A model generated the notes under the pieces. That model had not been told where the DNA came from. It did not search any database and worked only from the letters and a program-made list of their open reading frames with translations. A DNA stretch of 35,681 nt. Origin: a virus. Lineage: Duplodnaviria > Caudoviricetes. Shown here one piece after another: positions 17,792-27,390 of this stretch; positions within the stretch are counted from its first letter, which is position 1; each line of letters begins with the position of its first letter. The stretch lies in IMG/VR virus record IMGVR_UViG_3300031452_000084, positions 1 to 35,681 of that record; one strand, 5' to 3'. The position numbers and the translations under genes were made by a program.

Positions 17792-20210
17792 ACCGCTATC
17801 TCCTCGCCGGCTTCTCCGTCGACGCGGGCCTTGATGCCCGCCCACAAGCCGCCCGCTTCCTCCGTCCACCAGGCTCGTGCCGCGAGGTCATCCGTATCAC
17901 TCGCAAACAGGTAGGCTTCATCGGTACTCAGTTCGACACGCACAATTCCGTGCAGGTCGCGGGCGCTGCTCCGGTCACGCCGCGTCAGGAGCATTGGCAT
18001 ATAGACGCCCTTCTCTCCGCTCATGCGCTGCGCCGCGTCCACCTCCTCGGGCGTGAGGTTGAGCATCCGTTCCAACCATAAACGCGGGTTGCCCTCGGTC
18101 TGCGCGCCGTTGTCTTCGACGCTGAACAGCGCCTTCCACGAGCTTTGCGTGAAGAACGTTTCGGCGTCGGTGTCGCCAATCAGGTCTTTAATCTGTTGGC
18201 TAGCGAACACGACACACGATCCCCCGTGGCGTGCCTTGCGCGACGTCCGGTTGATGTAGTCGCGCGCCAGCGGGCTCTTGAGCAGCGCCCAGCTTTCGTC
18301 AAGACCCGTGAGATGGTCACTCGATGCGCGCCCCGCCGCGACGCTCCTGGCGCGTGCCAGCGCCCGCCGTTGGTCCACGATGGCGAACACCGAGAAATAG
18401 GCGAAGTTGCGGAGGGTAGCGCTCTCTTCCAGGGGGGATGTGTCGAAGGCGAGTAAGGGCGCGTCCAGGCGCGTGGTCGTCTGACCATCGACAAGGGCGG
18501 CATGCTGGCCGTCGTGGACGTAGGGACGCAGGCGCCAGCCCAGCGCGCGCCATACTTTCTTTTCGTCGCGATCGTCGCCTTTCGCGGTCCACTTGCCCTC
18601 CAGGTAGGTGTAGAGGTCGCCCATCGTGGGTGTCGTGTCGCCCGCGCCCGCGTAGATGTCACGGACCGCCTCGTCGATGTAGGCTGGCTCAAGGTCTGCC
18701 AGGCCACCGAGTAACAAATCGACCGCGGCGCAGACGAAGCGCACACGCTCCCGGCGCTCCTCATCCGTGGCGCGCTCCCCGTCCCATACGTTGATCGTGG
18801 CCGTATGCGCCCCGCCCAGCGTGGCCCGCTCGCCGCCGCTCACCTCACACAGCGCGCCGAAGCTATCGACACTGCTAACCATCGTCGCCATATCCCCGTG
18901 CAGGAGGAACCACAACCCGAGTTTCTGCAACAGGGATGTTTTACCCGTGCCTACACGGCCGAGCACGACACCGATACGGTTGTACAGGTTCGGGTCGTCG
19001 AGCGCCAGGCTCACCACGTCGCCCGCTGCGTCCGTGACGCCTAACGGGACGCCGGCGCTCTTGGTGCCGGGATTGAAGGCGAGGAATGGCCAACTATTGC
19101 CGATCGTCGTCGAGTCGAGACGGTAGACGCTGCGGCCGGGATCGCCGTAGCCCGGTAGCGTCGCGTGATAGGCTGGCTCCTGGTGCGCGTGCCCATAGCC
19201 CACCTCGGCCAGCATCGTATCGCGCATGGCGTCAAGCACACGGCCTACCCGCGCGTCGAGCTGCGCCCGCGTGTCGCCTTCCAGCCGGATATAGCAACTG
19301 GCCTTGACGATGCCGTAGCCGGTCGTATGGAGCGCCGTCGCTGTTGCCGTCGCGTCGCCCGCGGCGAGCGCGGTCGTAATGTCTTTACCTCCCGCGGACG
19401 TCCCTTCCATCAACCGCAAGCGCCAACTCTGCCGGCGGCGTTCCCAGGACCGATTAAGCCCCCGGACGTGCAGCACGAGGGTCGCGGGGCAGTCCGTCGC
19501 GACCAGTGGGCGTAGCCAGCCGGGCGTTGTCGTGGGTGGCGGCGCGACGAGGTAGAGCGTGCGCACCCAGCGCTCCCGCCCGGTCGCCGGGTCGATAATG
19601 CGGTACGTGTGCACAGTCTCCTCGCCCATCAACGCGACGTAGCCAGCAGCGCCCTCGTTGGGCGTCAGGTGACGCGCCAGGAAGGCCCGCGCCGCATTCT
19701 CATCGACCGGCAAGGGTGGTAGGCCCATGGCGACGAGTTGACGCGTGACGGCGCTCTCCGCACGCGCGAGGCGCACCGTGAGCGGTTGATCGGGCTCGCC
19801 CTGTGGGACCGGGTACGGCGCGATGAGGAGCCAATAGTCGAGGTGCGCGACGTGACGCATGCCGGGAGCGGAGAGACGCCGCGGCGATCACGGCCGCGCT
19901 TCGTACCCACCTCGCCCAGTTCGGGCGTGTAGGGCGTCGGGGCGAGGTGGGTACGAAGCGCGGCCGTGATCGCCGCGGCGTCCGCCGGCCGATTCTCCAC
20001 GAAGATAGAAAGGCGGGCCTTCGCGGGAAGGCCCGCTGCGAGGGCGCCAAGCAAGTAGGCGTGTCGATCCTGATCGCCCGTTGCGAGGGCGTCGAGGGCC
20101 ACGCCGGGGACGCGCAGCAGACGGTAGGGCGTGCCGTCCACGCCCACAAGCGTCCCCTCGTCCACGTTATAGTTGACGGCGCCGCGCTTGCTGATAGGTG
20201 ATGGTCGCAT
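17788..20210 (-). pseudogene. virB4: VirB4-like conjugation ATPase, frameshifted near 19875-19917
   Basis: Start 20210 has a strong SD (AAGGAGG). The second frame carries Walker A GRVGTGKT, LDESW, SRKARH and ASQQ. The frames switch at an inverted duplication. Confidence 0.8.
19875..19982. repeat. Perfect 43-bp inverted repeat with a 22-bp spacer
   Basis: 19875-19917 is the exact reverse complement of 19940-19982. Confidence 0.95.
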
Positions 20211-20532
20211 AGATCCCTCCTTTCAGGGCATGGGCGCGTGTGGCGCGGGCCACGCGGACGCCGTACCGGAGGGTACGACGCCACGCGAAGCGGAGGGCCT
20301 GCGCGGGGTAGCGTTCGATGCCGCCACGCCCTAACGCCAAGATGGGCGCGACAAGCAGCACGGTAGGCAGCGCTACGGCCAGGATGTGCGCGTTTGGGTT
20401 GCGGATGCCGTGCGTAAGGAGCGCATCGACCCACACCGACACGCCGCCAACGATGACGGCGAGCCACTGCGGGACGGTCAGCCGCGCCAGCCGCAGATTA
20501 TCGTTCAGACTCCTGGGGGTCGTGTGGGGCAT
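20167..20532 (-). CDS. PrgI/VirB3-like membrane protein
   Basis: LARLTVPQW followed by two TMs; directly upstream of virB4. Confidence 0.65.
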   Translation of the reverse strand: MPHTTPRSLNDNLRLARLTVPQWLAVIVGGVSVWVDALLTHGIRNPNAHILAVALPTVLLVAPILALGRGGIERYPAQALRFAWRRTLRYGVRVARATRAHALKGGIYATITYQQARRRQL

Positions 20533-20534
20533 GG

Positions 20535-20768
20535 CTAGATACCCGCGCCAATGGCCGCGAAGCTCGCAATCAAGACAATGGCCAGGAACGCTGATCCCAG
20601 GATCTCCGCTTTGTGCCCGCGACTGAACACCAGCGCGCAGGCGGCGCTAATGATGATGATGGCGATCAACGCAGGGCTTATTTTCCGAATGTACCCGAGA
20701 GCCTTGTTAGCCGCGTCCCCGAACGCGCTCGCGATAATGATGGTCGATGCGATGTCTATGTGTCCCAT
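20535..20768 (-). CDS. VirB2/pilin-like protein
   Basis: 77 aa, two hydrophobic helices with a short basic loop, first gene of the operon, SD AAGGAG. Confidence 0.6.
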   Translation of the reverse strand: MGHIDIASTIIIASAFGDAANKALGYIRKISPALIAIIIISAACALVFSRGHKAEILGSAFLAIVLIASFAAIGAGI

Positions 20769-20845
20769 GGTGTCGTCACTCTCCTTCTTTGCCCTGCCGC
20801 CCCGATACTTTTAATGAAGTGCTACAGTGAGGGCGGCGTGCATCT

Positions 20846-20897
20846 ATTGTAGCATATTCGCATCTAATAACAACTAAAAACAGACATAAACAACTAA
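20846..20897. promoter_or_regulatory. Divergent promoter region with direct repeats
   Basis: Minus-strand TGcTACAAT (20854-20846); AACAACTAA at 20869 and 20889. Confidence 0.55.
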
Positions 20898-20925
20898 TAC
20901 TGTAGACTTGAAGGAGGTACGGCGC

Positions 20926-21129
20926 GTGCCCAGACCGCGTAAAGGAGAAAACAAAGTGGATGCCGTTATTAGCGTTCGTATGTACCAGGAGGTCTACGAT
21001 AGGCTGGTGGCTGCCGCGCAGGCAGATCGCCGCAAAGTTGGTGAGCTGGCTCGCGTCCTTTTAGAGGACGGACTGGCGGCTTGGGAACGCGCGCACCAAA
21101 ACAAGGGCAAGCAGGATGGTGAGCAGTAA
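20926..21129 (+). CDS. Arc/RHH DNA-binding protein divergent from tra
   Basis: SD AAGGAGG; VISVRMYQEVYDRLVAAAQADRRKVGELARVLLEDGL. Confidence 0.8.
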   Translation: MPRPRKGENKVDAVISVRMYQEVYDRLVAAAQADRRKVGELARVLLEDGLAAWERAHQNKGKQDGEQ

Positions 21130-21154
21130 CGCGTCGCATAGGGGCACGAGGAAT

Positions 21155-21211
21155 AAAAAAGAGCCCATCCTGTAGCGTCCTTTGGGACAGTGCTACAGGG
21201 CGGGCTCTTTG
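21155..21211. terminator. Long bidirectional terminator-like hairpin
   Basis: AAAGAGCCC..CCTGTAGC...GCTACAGG..GGGCTCTTT between convergent genes. Confidence 0.6.
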
Positions 21212-21320
21212 TCTGTCAGCATACACGGTCGCGCGCGACGGCTGGGGAACGGGCTACCGGAAAAGAAGAAGGGAGGGTGGTAGCGCTAAAGGACGTGGTA
21301 ACGGGTGTTGATGGACGCGT

Positions 21321-21839
21321 TTACCCTTGACCCGTCATGATGCGCGCTTTCTCAATGCGTTCCTGGCGCCGGCTCCGTGTGCCGTAGACGAAGACACCCG
21401 CGACGCCAACTAACCCGCTGGCTCCAAAAAGGGCGCTCAGGATAGTAGCCCCCACATCGTGGCGCCCTAAAGCGATGGCGGCGGCGGCCGCGATCGTGGC
21501 AAGGCAGATGATCAGCGCCGACATAATACCGGCCCAGGCGCGTCGACCATCACCTATAACCGTGTGCCGCTCTAATTGTTGCCGGTGGGCTTCTTGCCGT
21601 TCAGCCATGGATAACCATCGTTCCGAGAAGCCCGGCAAGATAACTTCGTAGCGTTCCAGCATCGAGGGCGGCACCAGGTAGCCCGTCGTCTGTTCCTGGT
21701 ACGTTACTTGGGCAAGCTGCTGCTGTGTTTGAGGCGCCGGTGACTGTGTGCGCGCGCCTGGCGCGGGATGCGGCGCTTGGCTCGTTTGGCGCGGCGTGCC
21801 CGTGCGGGCACGGGGGGGCTTGTCCTTATCGGAAGGCAT
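21321..21839 (-). CDS. DUF2335-family membrane protein
   Basis: PPSMLERYEVILPGFSERWLSMAERQEAHRQQLE followed by two TMs. Confidence 0.8.
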   Translation of the reverse strand: MPSDKDKPPRARTGTPRQTSQAPHPAPGARTQSPAPQTQQQLAQVTYQEQTTGYLVPPSMLERYEVILPGFSERWLSMAERQEAHRQQLERHTVIGDGRRAWAGIMSALIICLATIAAAAAIALGRHDVGATILSALFGASGLVGVAGVFVYGTRSRRQERIEKARIMTGQG

Positions 21840-21842
21840 GCG

Positions 21843-22130
21843 TCACGGCGCTAGGACGTGCGGCGCATCCCGCGCCTTGTCCTTTACGCCCGTTTCTTGC
21901 TCGACCTGCGCGAAGGCACTCGTCAGATCGTGCCTTACGGCGTTCCAGTCCGCACACAACGCATAAGAGTCCGCCTGTGCGCCCGTCGGAGACTGATTAT
22001 ATTCCGAGAGGGTGCCGCCGAGATCAAGGGCGCGCGCCATGCCCTCCGTAAACGACGGCCGTGCGTAAAGAATATCGCTGTAATCGCCCACACGTCCTCC
22101 TCTTTCTGCGTCTCTTGTTGTTATCGTCAT
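21843..22130 (-). CDS. Small protein upstream of DUF2335
   Basis: PSFTEGMARALDLGG...DSYALCADWNAV; 3 nt from the next start. Confidence 0.7.
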   Translation of the reverse strand: MTITTRDAERGGRVGDYSDILYARPSFTEGMARALDLGGTLSEYNQSPTGAQADSYALCADWNAVRHDLTSAFAQVEQETGVKDKARDAPHVLAP

Positions 22131-22321
22131 GGAGTCTATCGTTTCAATAGGCTATGTATGCATACTATAGCATGCCTGCGAGAGAAGCAGGTAGCACTGA
22201 GAGGGGCACGCTGTTAGCAGGGCGACCCCTGGCGTATGGTCTTGTAGCTCCGACGCTCGCCCCGACGGGCCGGGCGGGGGGTATGGCTGTGCCTCGCGCG
22301 CGGCCCTTTTCATGGGCGCAC

Positions 22322-22564
22322 TTATGCGGCCCGTCGCCAGACGGCGCCCTCGGCACCCTTGACCCGATCCAAATACACGCGATACAGGTGGTCGGTGGGG
22401 CCATGCGTCAAGGTGATCGCGCAGCGCTTGTTCCCATAATGCATAGCCACCCGCCAGTCGGGGTCCTGACGCAGCGCCACGATACGTGCGACGACGGTCG
22501 CTTCGTCGGCGTCGCCATCGAACAGGGCGAGGGTTGCCGCGAGGGTGTGAGGGGTCCTGTCCAT
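22322..22564 (-). CDS. Hypothetical protein
   Basis: SD AAGGAG before MDRTPH... Confidence 0.55.
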   Translation of the reverse strand: MDRTPHTLAATLALFDGDADEATVVARIVALRQDPDWRVAMHYGNKRCAITLTHGPTDHLYRVYLDRVKGAEGAVWRRAA

Positions 22565-22756
22565 GCGAGATCTCCTTGGGCCGGCCGGTACACGCGCCCA
22601 TCGGCGCATGCACGAGTAGTGTCAGTGAGGGAGCACGGGTGTGTCCATAGCACAATGGTCAGCAAGCGGCGGCCACCTTTCGCCGCGCCGGTGCGGCCAG
22701 ACTGCCGCCACCTCCTGTACAATTAGGAACGCGCGGGAGCCGCGCGACAGGAGGGC

Positions 22757-23173
22757 ATGATGTCTCTGGCACACGCCATTAAACAGACGATGCAGGCACA
22801 CGCCCTAACGACCGCCCAGGTCGCCAGGCGTTTGGGGATGGAGTACGACCGCGCCACCTTCTACCGCATGCTCAACGGAACGACGACGGAGCCGCGACTC
22901 GCCACGCTAGTACAGTTGTGCATCGCCTTGGAGACCACCCCATCGGAGTTACTGAAATTAGCGGGGGTGTGGTCCCCGGACACACCAGGTCGGGCCGGGC
23001 CGGATGATTTGCGCCTGCGGCAAGCGTTCGGGCAGGTGCGCGCACTGCCCGCGGACGGGAAGCAGTGGGCGACGCCGCTCGTCGCCGCACTGGCGGCGAC
23101 GCTGACGGCGATGGGTACGCAGCGGGGAGATGATGGCCCGGCGCGCGGACTCCGTGGTGGTGGTGAGGAGTAG
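22757..23173 (+). CDS. XRE/Cro-CI HTH regulator
   Basis: LTTAQVARRLG...RATFYRMLNGTTTEPRLATLVQLCIALETTPSELL; SD GGAGG. Confidence 0.85.
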   Translation: MMSLAHAIKQTMQAHALTTAQVARRLGMEYDRATFYRMLNGTTTEPRLATLVQLCIALETTPSELLKLAGVWSPDTPGRAGPDDLRLRQAFGQVRALPADGKQWATPLVAALAATLTAMGTQRGDDGPARGLRGGGEE

Positions 23174-23186
23174 CGCGGCACCCTGG

Positions 23187-23363
23187 CTACGGCAAGGCGC
23201 TGTGGCGACCGACCAGGTAGACCGCGATCAGGACCACACCCGAGACAACAATCTGGAGTAGAGACACGGTATGCTCCTGGATTAGCAAGATCGCGGTCAA
23301 CCCGAGGATAATGGTGGCCCAAAACAGGAGCATGTCGCGCCAGGTGTGCGGCTTATCGTCCAT
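23187..23363 (-). CDS. 58-aa two-TM protein, not in the ORF track
   Basis: Hand translation MDDKPHTWRDMLLFWATIILGLTAILLIQEHTVSLLQIVVSGVVLIAVYLVGRHSALP; SD GAGGT. Confidence 0.6.
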   Translation of the reverse strand: MDDKPHTWRDMLLFWATIILGLTAILLIQEHTVSLLQIVVSGVVLIAVYLVGRHSALP

Positions 23364-23534
23364 GGCTACCTCACCCTCCCTCTCCCCTCATCGCCTCCCT
23401 TTGACATCTCCTGTCAGTGTGTCAGATCGCGTCTGCACGTAGTGGACAGCGCTGGGTCGTTGGGTGTAGCGTAAAAGCAACACCACGGGGCGCGTGTTGG
23501 CATAGACGCCCCCTACACGAAAGGCAGGCATCCC

Positions 23535-23789
23535 ATGGCAGACCATCCCGACCCCACGCATACCACCGTCGGATCAAGTGCGGACGCTACGACGACGGAT
23601 GAGATCCTCGCTGTCGTCACGGCGGAGGAACCACGCGGGGCCACCGCCGATCAAATCACCATAGCTATCGGGCTAGGCTTCGACGGAACGTTGATACGGG
23701 ACACGCTGGAGGAGTTGGTTGATTGTGGCCTTCTCAACCAATTTGGGATTGGTCACGGCGCTGTCTACACGTTCAATCCACGGACGTGA
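23535..23789 (+). CDS. Small winged-helix-like protein
   Basis: ATADQITIAIG...IRDTLEELVDCGLL...AVY. Confidence 0.55.
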   Translation: MADHPDPTHTTVGSSADATTTDEILAVVTAEEPRGATADQITIAIGLGFDGTLIRDTLEELVDCGLLNQFGIGHGAVYTFNPRT

Positions 23790-23810
23790 CCTCTGGGGCG
23801 TGACCCTACG

Positions 23811-24005
23811 CTATGTCTCACGCCGCTGGCCGTCCTGGTACTCCTGGAGCCACGCCCGCGTCGTCAGGTGCACGATGCGCGGCCCCGCCATCGTCGTCAC
23901 CGTCTTGAGGCGGCCGGACTGCACCGCCCGATACAGGGAGGCTGATTTCTTCAGTCCGGCCAATCTGCTGGCCTCTATAAGGGTGAGGTAGTCACTGTCT
24001 GGCAT
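23811..24005 (-). CDS. HTH_17/excisionase-like protein
   Basis: YLTLIEASRLAGLKKSASLYRAVQSGRLKT; GGAGG upstream. Confidence 0.7.
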   Translation of the reverse strand: MPDSDYLTLIEASRLAGLKKSASLYRAVQSGRLKTVTTMAGPRIVHLTTRAWLQEYQDGQRRET

Positions 24006-24042
24006 CAATCTTCCGCGTCGCCTCCATCAGAGGTCTGTCGGG

Positions 24043-24210
24043 TTACGCCTCCTCACCGACAATCCCCTGTGGATCGTCGCTTGCGTTCTCGTCACCAGGA
24101 GGAGAGTCGGCGGCCCCGAGATCGCCCGCGTCCTCAACGGCTTCGTCGTCGCCCGCCGCATCGTCGGTTTCGGTGTTAGTCTTGGGTGGGTCGATATCAA
24201 CATCAATCAT
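24043..24210 (-). CDS. Short acidic protein, paralog of the C-terminus of 25381..25725
   Basis: KTNTET..AGDDEAV...NASDD..GI.GEEA. Confidence 0.55.
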   Translation of the reverse strand: MIDVDIDPPKTNTETDDAAGDDEAVEDAGDLGAADSPPGDENASDDPQGIVGEEA

Positions 24211-24339
24211 GTGTCCCGCCTTCCTAGCGCTGATTCCGTCATCTACCCACATAGTACACCAACGCAGTTCAGGCGTGCTCCCTGAGCCTTCTCCCCGCGC
24301 CTCATGGCGGACGGCAGGACCGCTGCTCAGGAGCGTCGC

Positions 24340-24819
24340 CTATCCGCGCAACAGCGTGACGATCTCCTCCTCCGTGACGGGCGCCTCGCTTGGCATATGC
24401 ACCCAGGTATAGGGCGGGACCGACGACCCGGCCCCGATCCGGTGCAGCACCCACTCGTCGAGCGGGGTATCCCCCGCGCGCACCATGCAGCGCGCCTGGC
24501 TCGCCACGAAGGTTTGGGCCGGACCATCCCGCTCCAGCACGTCGGTGATGGCCTCGACCATGAACGTGAGGGTCGTCTCGGCGTTCCGCACGATCAGGGT
24601 GTGATCGTCACGCTGCACATCAACCGGCTGCCCCTCCGCGACCGTGGCCACCGCTCGCTGGAGCGTGGCAAAGAGCGTAGCAGTCTGGTCCGCGATCAGG
24701 TGTTGCGTCTCTTTAACGTATTCCGCGTGAGCATCGCGCGTGCGCGGCACACCTTGTGTTGTCGCCATCCCCTCGTGCAGCACGCCTACTTTTTGCACGC
24801 CTACGTCGTTAGTGCTCAT
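24340..24819 (-). CDS. Hypothetical protein
   Basis: About 160-aa ORF with plausible composition; GAGG upstream. Confidence 0.55.
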   Translation of the reverse strand: MSTNDVGVQKVGVLHEGMATTQGVPRTRDAHAEYVKETQHLIADQTATLFATLQRAVATVAEGQPVDVQRDDHTLIVRNAETTLTFMVEAITDVLERDGPAQTFVASQARCMVRAGDTPLDEWVLHRIGAGSSVPPYTWVHMPSEAPVTEEEIVTLLRG

Positions 24820-24953
24820 GCGCCTCATTCCCTGGGTAATCGTCTAGCTATGGCGCCATCGTACCGCACGAGAGGACGTGGCCGATGCATCTACCTTGTA
24901 CGGTAAACAGGCCATGAGAGTGGAGTCGGCGCGGCGGCGTTGCGTGACGCAGA

Positions 24954-25157
24954 TCAACGACCAAGAGAGTCGCCCCAGTCCACGCCGCCCGTCGTAGCTG
25001 CTCTTTTATCATCCTGGCCGGGCAGATAGCGCGTCTGTTGGGGGATGCCTACCTCGATGCAGGCAGCGCAGTACGGATGGCCGTCGATGGCCGCGTGGGC
25101 GGGCTTGAGGCACGCCCAGCAGGGGATTGGGCGGCCGGTGATGGCAGTCGTCAGCAT
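24954..25157 (-). CDS. Small CxxC/CxxC zinc-ribbon protein
   Basis: SD AAGGAG; CWAC...YCAAC. Confidence 0.5.
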   Translation of the reverse strand: MLTTAITGRPIPCWACLKPAHAAIDGHPYCAACIEVGIPQQTRYLPGQDDKRAATTGGVDWGDSLGR

Positions 25158-25380
25158 GGGTCGCGGCGCTCCTTCGGTTCCAGTGTACCGGGGAGACCCG
25201 CGTGGGGGATAGCGCCCTCTCCGTGTCAGCCTGGCGCCCTGTGTCAGGCCGCGGCCGCGCCATCGCCCTCGGCGAGCGGGCGCACGTTGACGGCGCGCTG
25301 CCTTGTCACAGCAGGACACCCACTGCCCCGTTGTGTTACAGTGTCGTGCATGGTTGACGCGCAACGGAAAGGGGTCCCGG

Positions 25381-25725
25381 ATGAACGAGCAGCACACCGA
25401 AGGCACAGCGGCGGTTCCGCACGATACGATAGCAGATAAAGCCGAGGGCGTCCTCGGCAATCTGACCGGCGGCTCCGAGGAGCACCCGGTCGAGGGCCAC
25501 GCCACTGAGGCACAGCGCGAAACGCCGCGTGAGACGCCACCGGACCAGGGTAACGGAAACCGCAGCAGCGACCTCGCCAAGACCGACACGGAGACCCACG
25601 ACGATGCCGGGGACGACGAAGCGGTCGATGACGGCAGCCTCCTCGGCGTTGGCACCGGCGACACTGACGCCGCGAGCGACAACGCGAGCGACGATGCACA
25701 CGGCATCATCGGTGAGGAGGCGTAA
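25381..25725 (+). CDS. Acidic disordered protein
   Basis: D/E/G/T-rich; ends GIIGEEA like 24043..24210. Confidence 0.6.
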   Translation: MNEQHTEGTAAVPHDTIADKAEGVLGNLTGGSEEHPVEGHATEAQRETPRETPPDQGNGNRSSDLAKTDTETHDDAGDDEAVDDGSLLGVGTGDTDAASDNASDDAHGIIGEEA

Positions 25726-25956
25726 CCCCACGGGAGGCATCTCACCCTACTTGTCGCTCCACTATTTTAATCGCATTGCTCTCAAAGCCACAGCGTGAAA
25801 AGGCCAGGGGTACGGGGCTTAACGGCCGGCGCGGGCGTCCAAAAGGGGGGCTCCCAGTGGCCGCGCATACCCGCGCAGCTCCACGCGACAAGCATAGTGT
25901 ACGCGACCGATAGCGCACACGTCGGCGCTGTACAGGTCAGTAGGCAACGCTACCGG

Positions 25957-26727
25957 CTACCCGGCCTGCGACCAATCATACGTGTTATCGTCCTCGTCAT
26001 CCGCCGCCCGCCCCGTCGCTAGCGGCCATCGACTAGACGCCGACTCCTCGGGCTCGGGACGTTGTGCCTCGTCGGAGAAAGCGGACGCATGCGTGACGCG
26101 CTCGACATTTGTGGCGATGAACCCTTTGCCACGCGGGTCGCGGGTACGCCGATAAGTCACGGTGTCGCCGGGACGCAGCCCGCTAAACGGGACGCCGACG
26201 AGGTGTGACGCGTGCAAGAAGAGATGTTCGCCCGTGGCCGTGCGGATAAACGCAAAGCCGCGCGCCTTCACGCTGCACATTGTGCCCTGTTCCAGCGCCC
26301 CACTGTGGCCGTCAGCCCTCATGCGCACGATCCGTATGAGATGCGTCGCGCGCGCATACTCGGCGTCCGCGAGCAGGCCCGCCCGCTGGTAGATTGTCAG
26401 CTCACCGCGCTTGTACCGACGTTCGACCGCCTGGCGGTACTCCTCGTGATCCCGTTCAATGTTGGCCCAGGTCGCGCCCCACGCGGGGTCTCGCATGGCA
26501 TCCTCGTGCGCGGGCGGGGGGGCATGACGCACCTCAATAGCCAAGCGCATCTCCCCTGGCGTGCTGTCGGTTAACACATACGACACCCAATCGCCCACCT
26601 GCACGGGTGGAGCGTCGTCTTGAACCACCCCGGCGCCTGTAAAGCGTGTATCCGGCTGCCGGCGCAGGGGCCGTATCACCCCGTCCCCTGTGTCGCTATC
26701 GACTGCAATGATGCGTCCTTCTGGCAT
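25957..26727 (-). CDS. Tandem cold-shock-domain protein
   Basis: C-terminal CSD RGFAFIR...LFLHASHL...LRPGDTVTY...ATNV; degenerate N-terminal CSD TGDGVIR...VGDWVSY...AIEV. Confidence 0.8.
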   Translation of the reverse strand: MPEGRIIAVDSDTGDGVIRPLRRQPDTRFTGAGVVQDDAPPVQVGDWVSYVLTDSTPGEMRLAIEVRHAPPPAHEDAMRDPAWGATWANIERDHEEYRQAVERRYKRGELTIYQRAGLLADAEYARATHLIRIVRMRADGHSGALEQGTMCSVKARGFAFIRTATGEHLFLHASHLVGVPFSGLRPGDTVTYRRTRDPRGKGFIATNVERVTHASAFSDEAQRPEPEESASSRWPLATGRAADDEDDNTYDWSQAG

Positions 26728-26787
26728 GGTTGTTTACCTTTCGGTCATGGATCGTCTGTCACGGAGGCGCGTCCTGTGCCCCCTGAT

Positions 26788-27375
26788 TTAGCGCGCGGCG
26801 GTCGCTGGCCCGCGTCGCCCGGTCGTCTTCCCGACCGGCTCTGTATGCGCGGGCCCAGACGCCCAGGCCGGCGGCTGGCTCATCGCGTACGACTCAATGA
26901 GGGCCGCGCCCTCCCGCTCCCACACCGCATCGGCCGAAGCGCGGGCGGCCTCGTAGGCTTCTTCCTGAATCTCTTTCAGCCGCGCGTCGGCGAATGTGTA
27001 GACGTACCGGCGGGCTAGGTCAACCCGGCGTTTTTGCCACTCCTGATGCAGAGCGCGCTGCCCCTCGTCGTATTCAAGGCCCGTGATGTTCCGGCGCTCA
27101 CGGTAGCGGCGTTTGAGCGCCTCCATGCTGGCCGTGTAGATGTCTTTAGCCAACTGCTCTAAGCGCTGCTGCTGGCTCTGTATGGCCGCCTGGCGCGCTT
27201 GTATGGCCGTCCTCACGGCGAGGGGCGATTCCGTCCAGACCATGCGGTGCTCGCGCTCCCAACTCGCCTTATGCTGGAGAGATAACTGGGCATCGCGTGC
27301 TTGGTTAATCAACGTGTTTTGGACCTGCTGAAAGGCGGCTGCTTCCATGCCCTGCGGTGAGTTGAGGCTAGTCAT
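26788..27375 (-). CDS. Coiled-coil hypothetical protein
   Basis: SD AAGGGAG; helical, Q/E/R/A-rich. Confidence 0.7.
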   Translation of the reverse strand: MTSLNSPQGMEAAAFQQVQNTLINQARDAQLSLQHKASWEREHRMVWTESPLAVRTAIQARQAAIQSQQQRLEQLAKDIYTASMEALKRRYRERRNITGLEYDEGQRALHQEWQKRRVDLARRYVYTFADARLKEIQEEAYEAARASADAVWEREGAALIESYAMSQPPAWASGPAHTEPVGKTTGRRGPATAAR

Positions 27376-27390
27376 GTATCATGTCTCCCT

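Noticed and set aside
25158-25745. Long ORF 24954..25745
   Set aside because: Low-complexity shadow of the plus-strand acidic gene; only the last 67 codons have an SD-led start.
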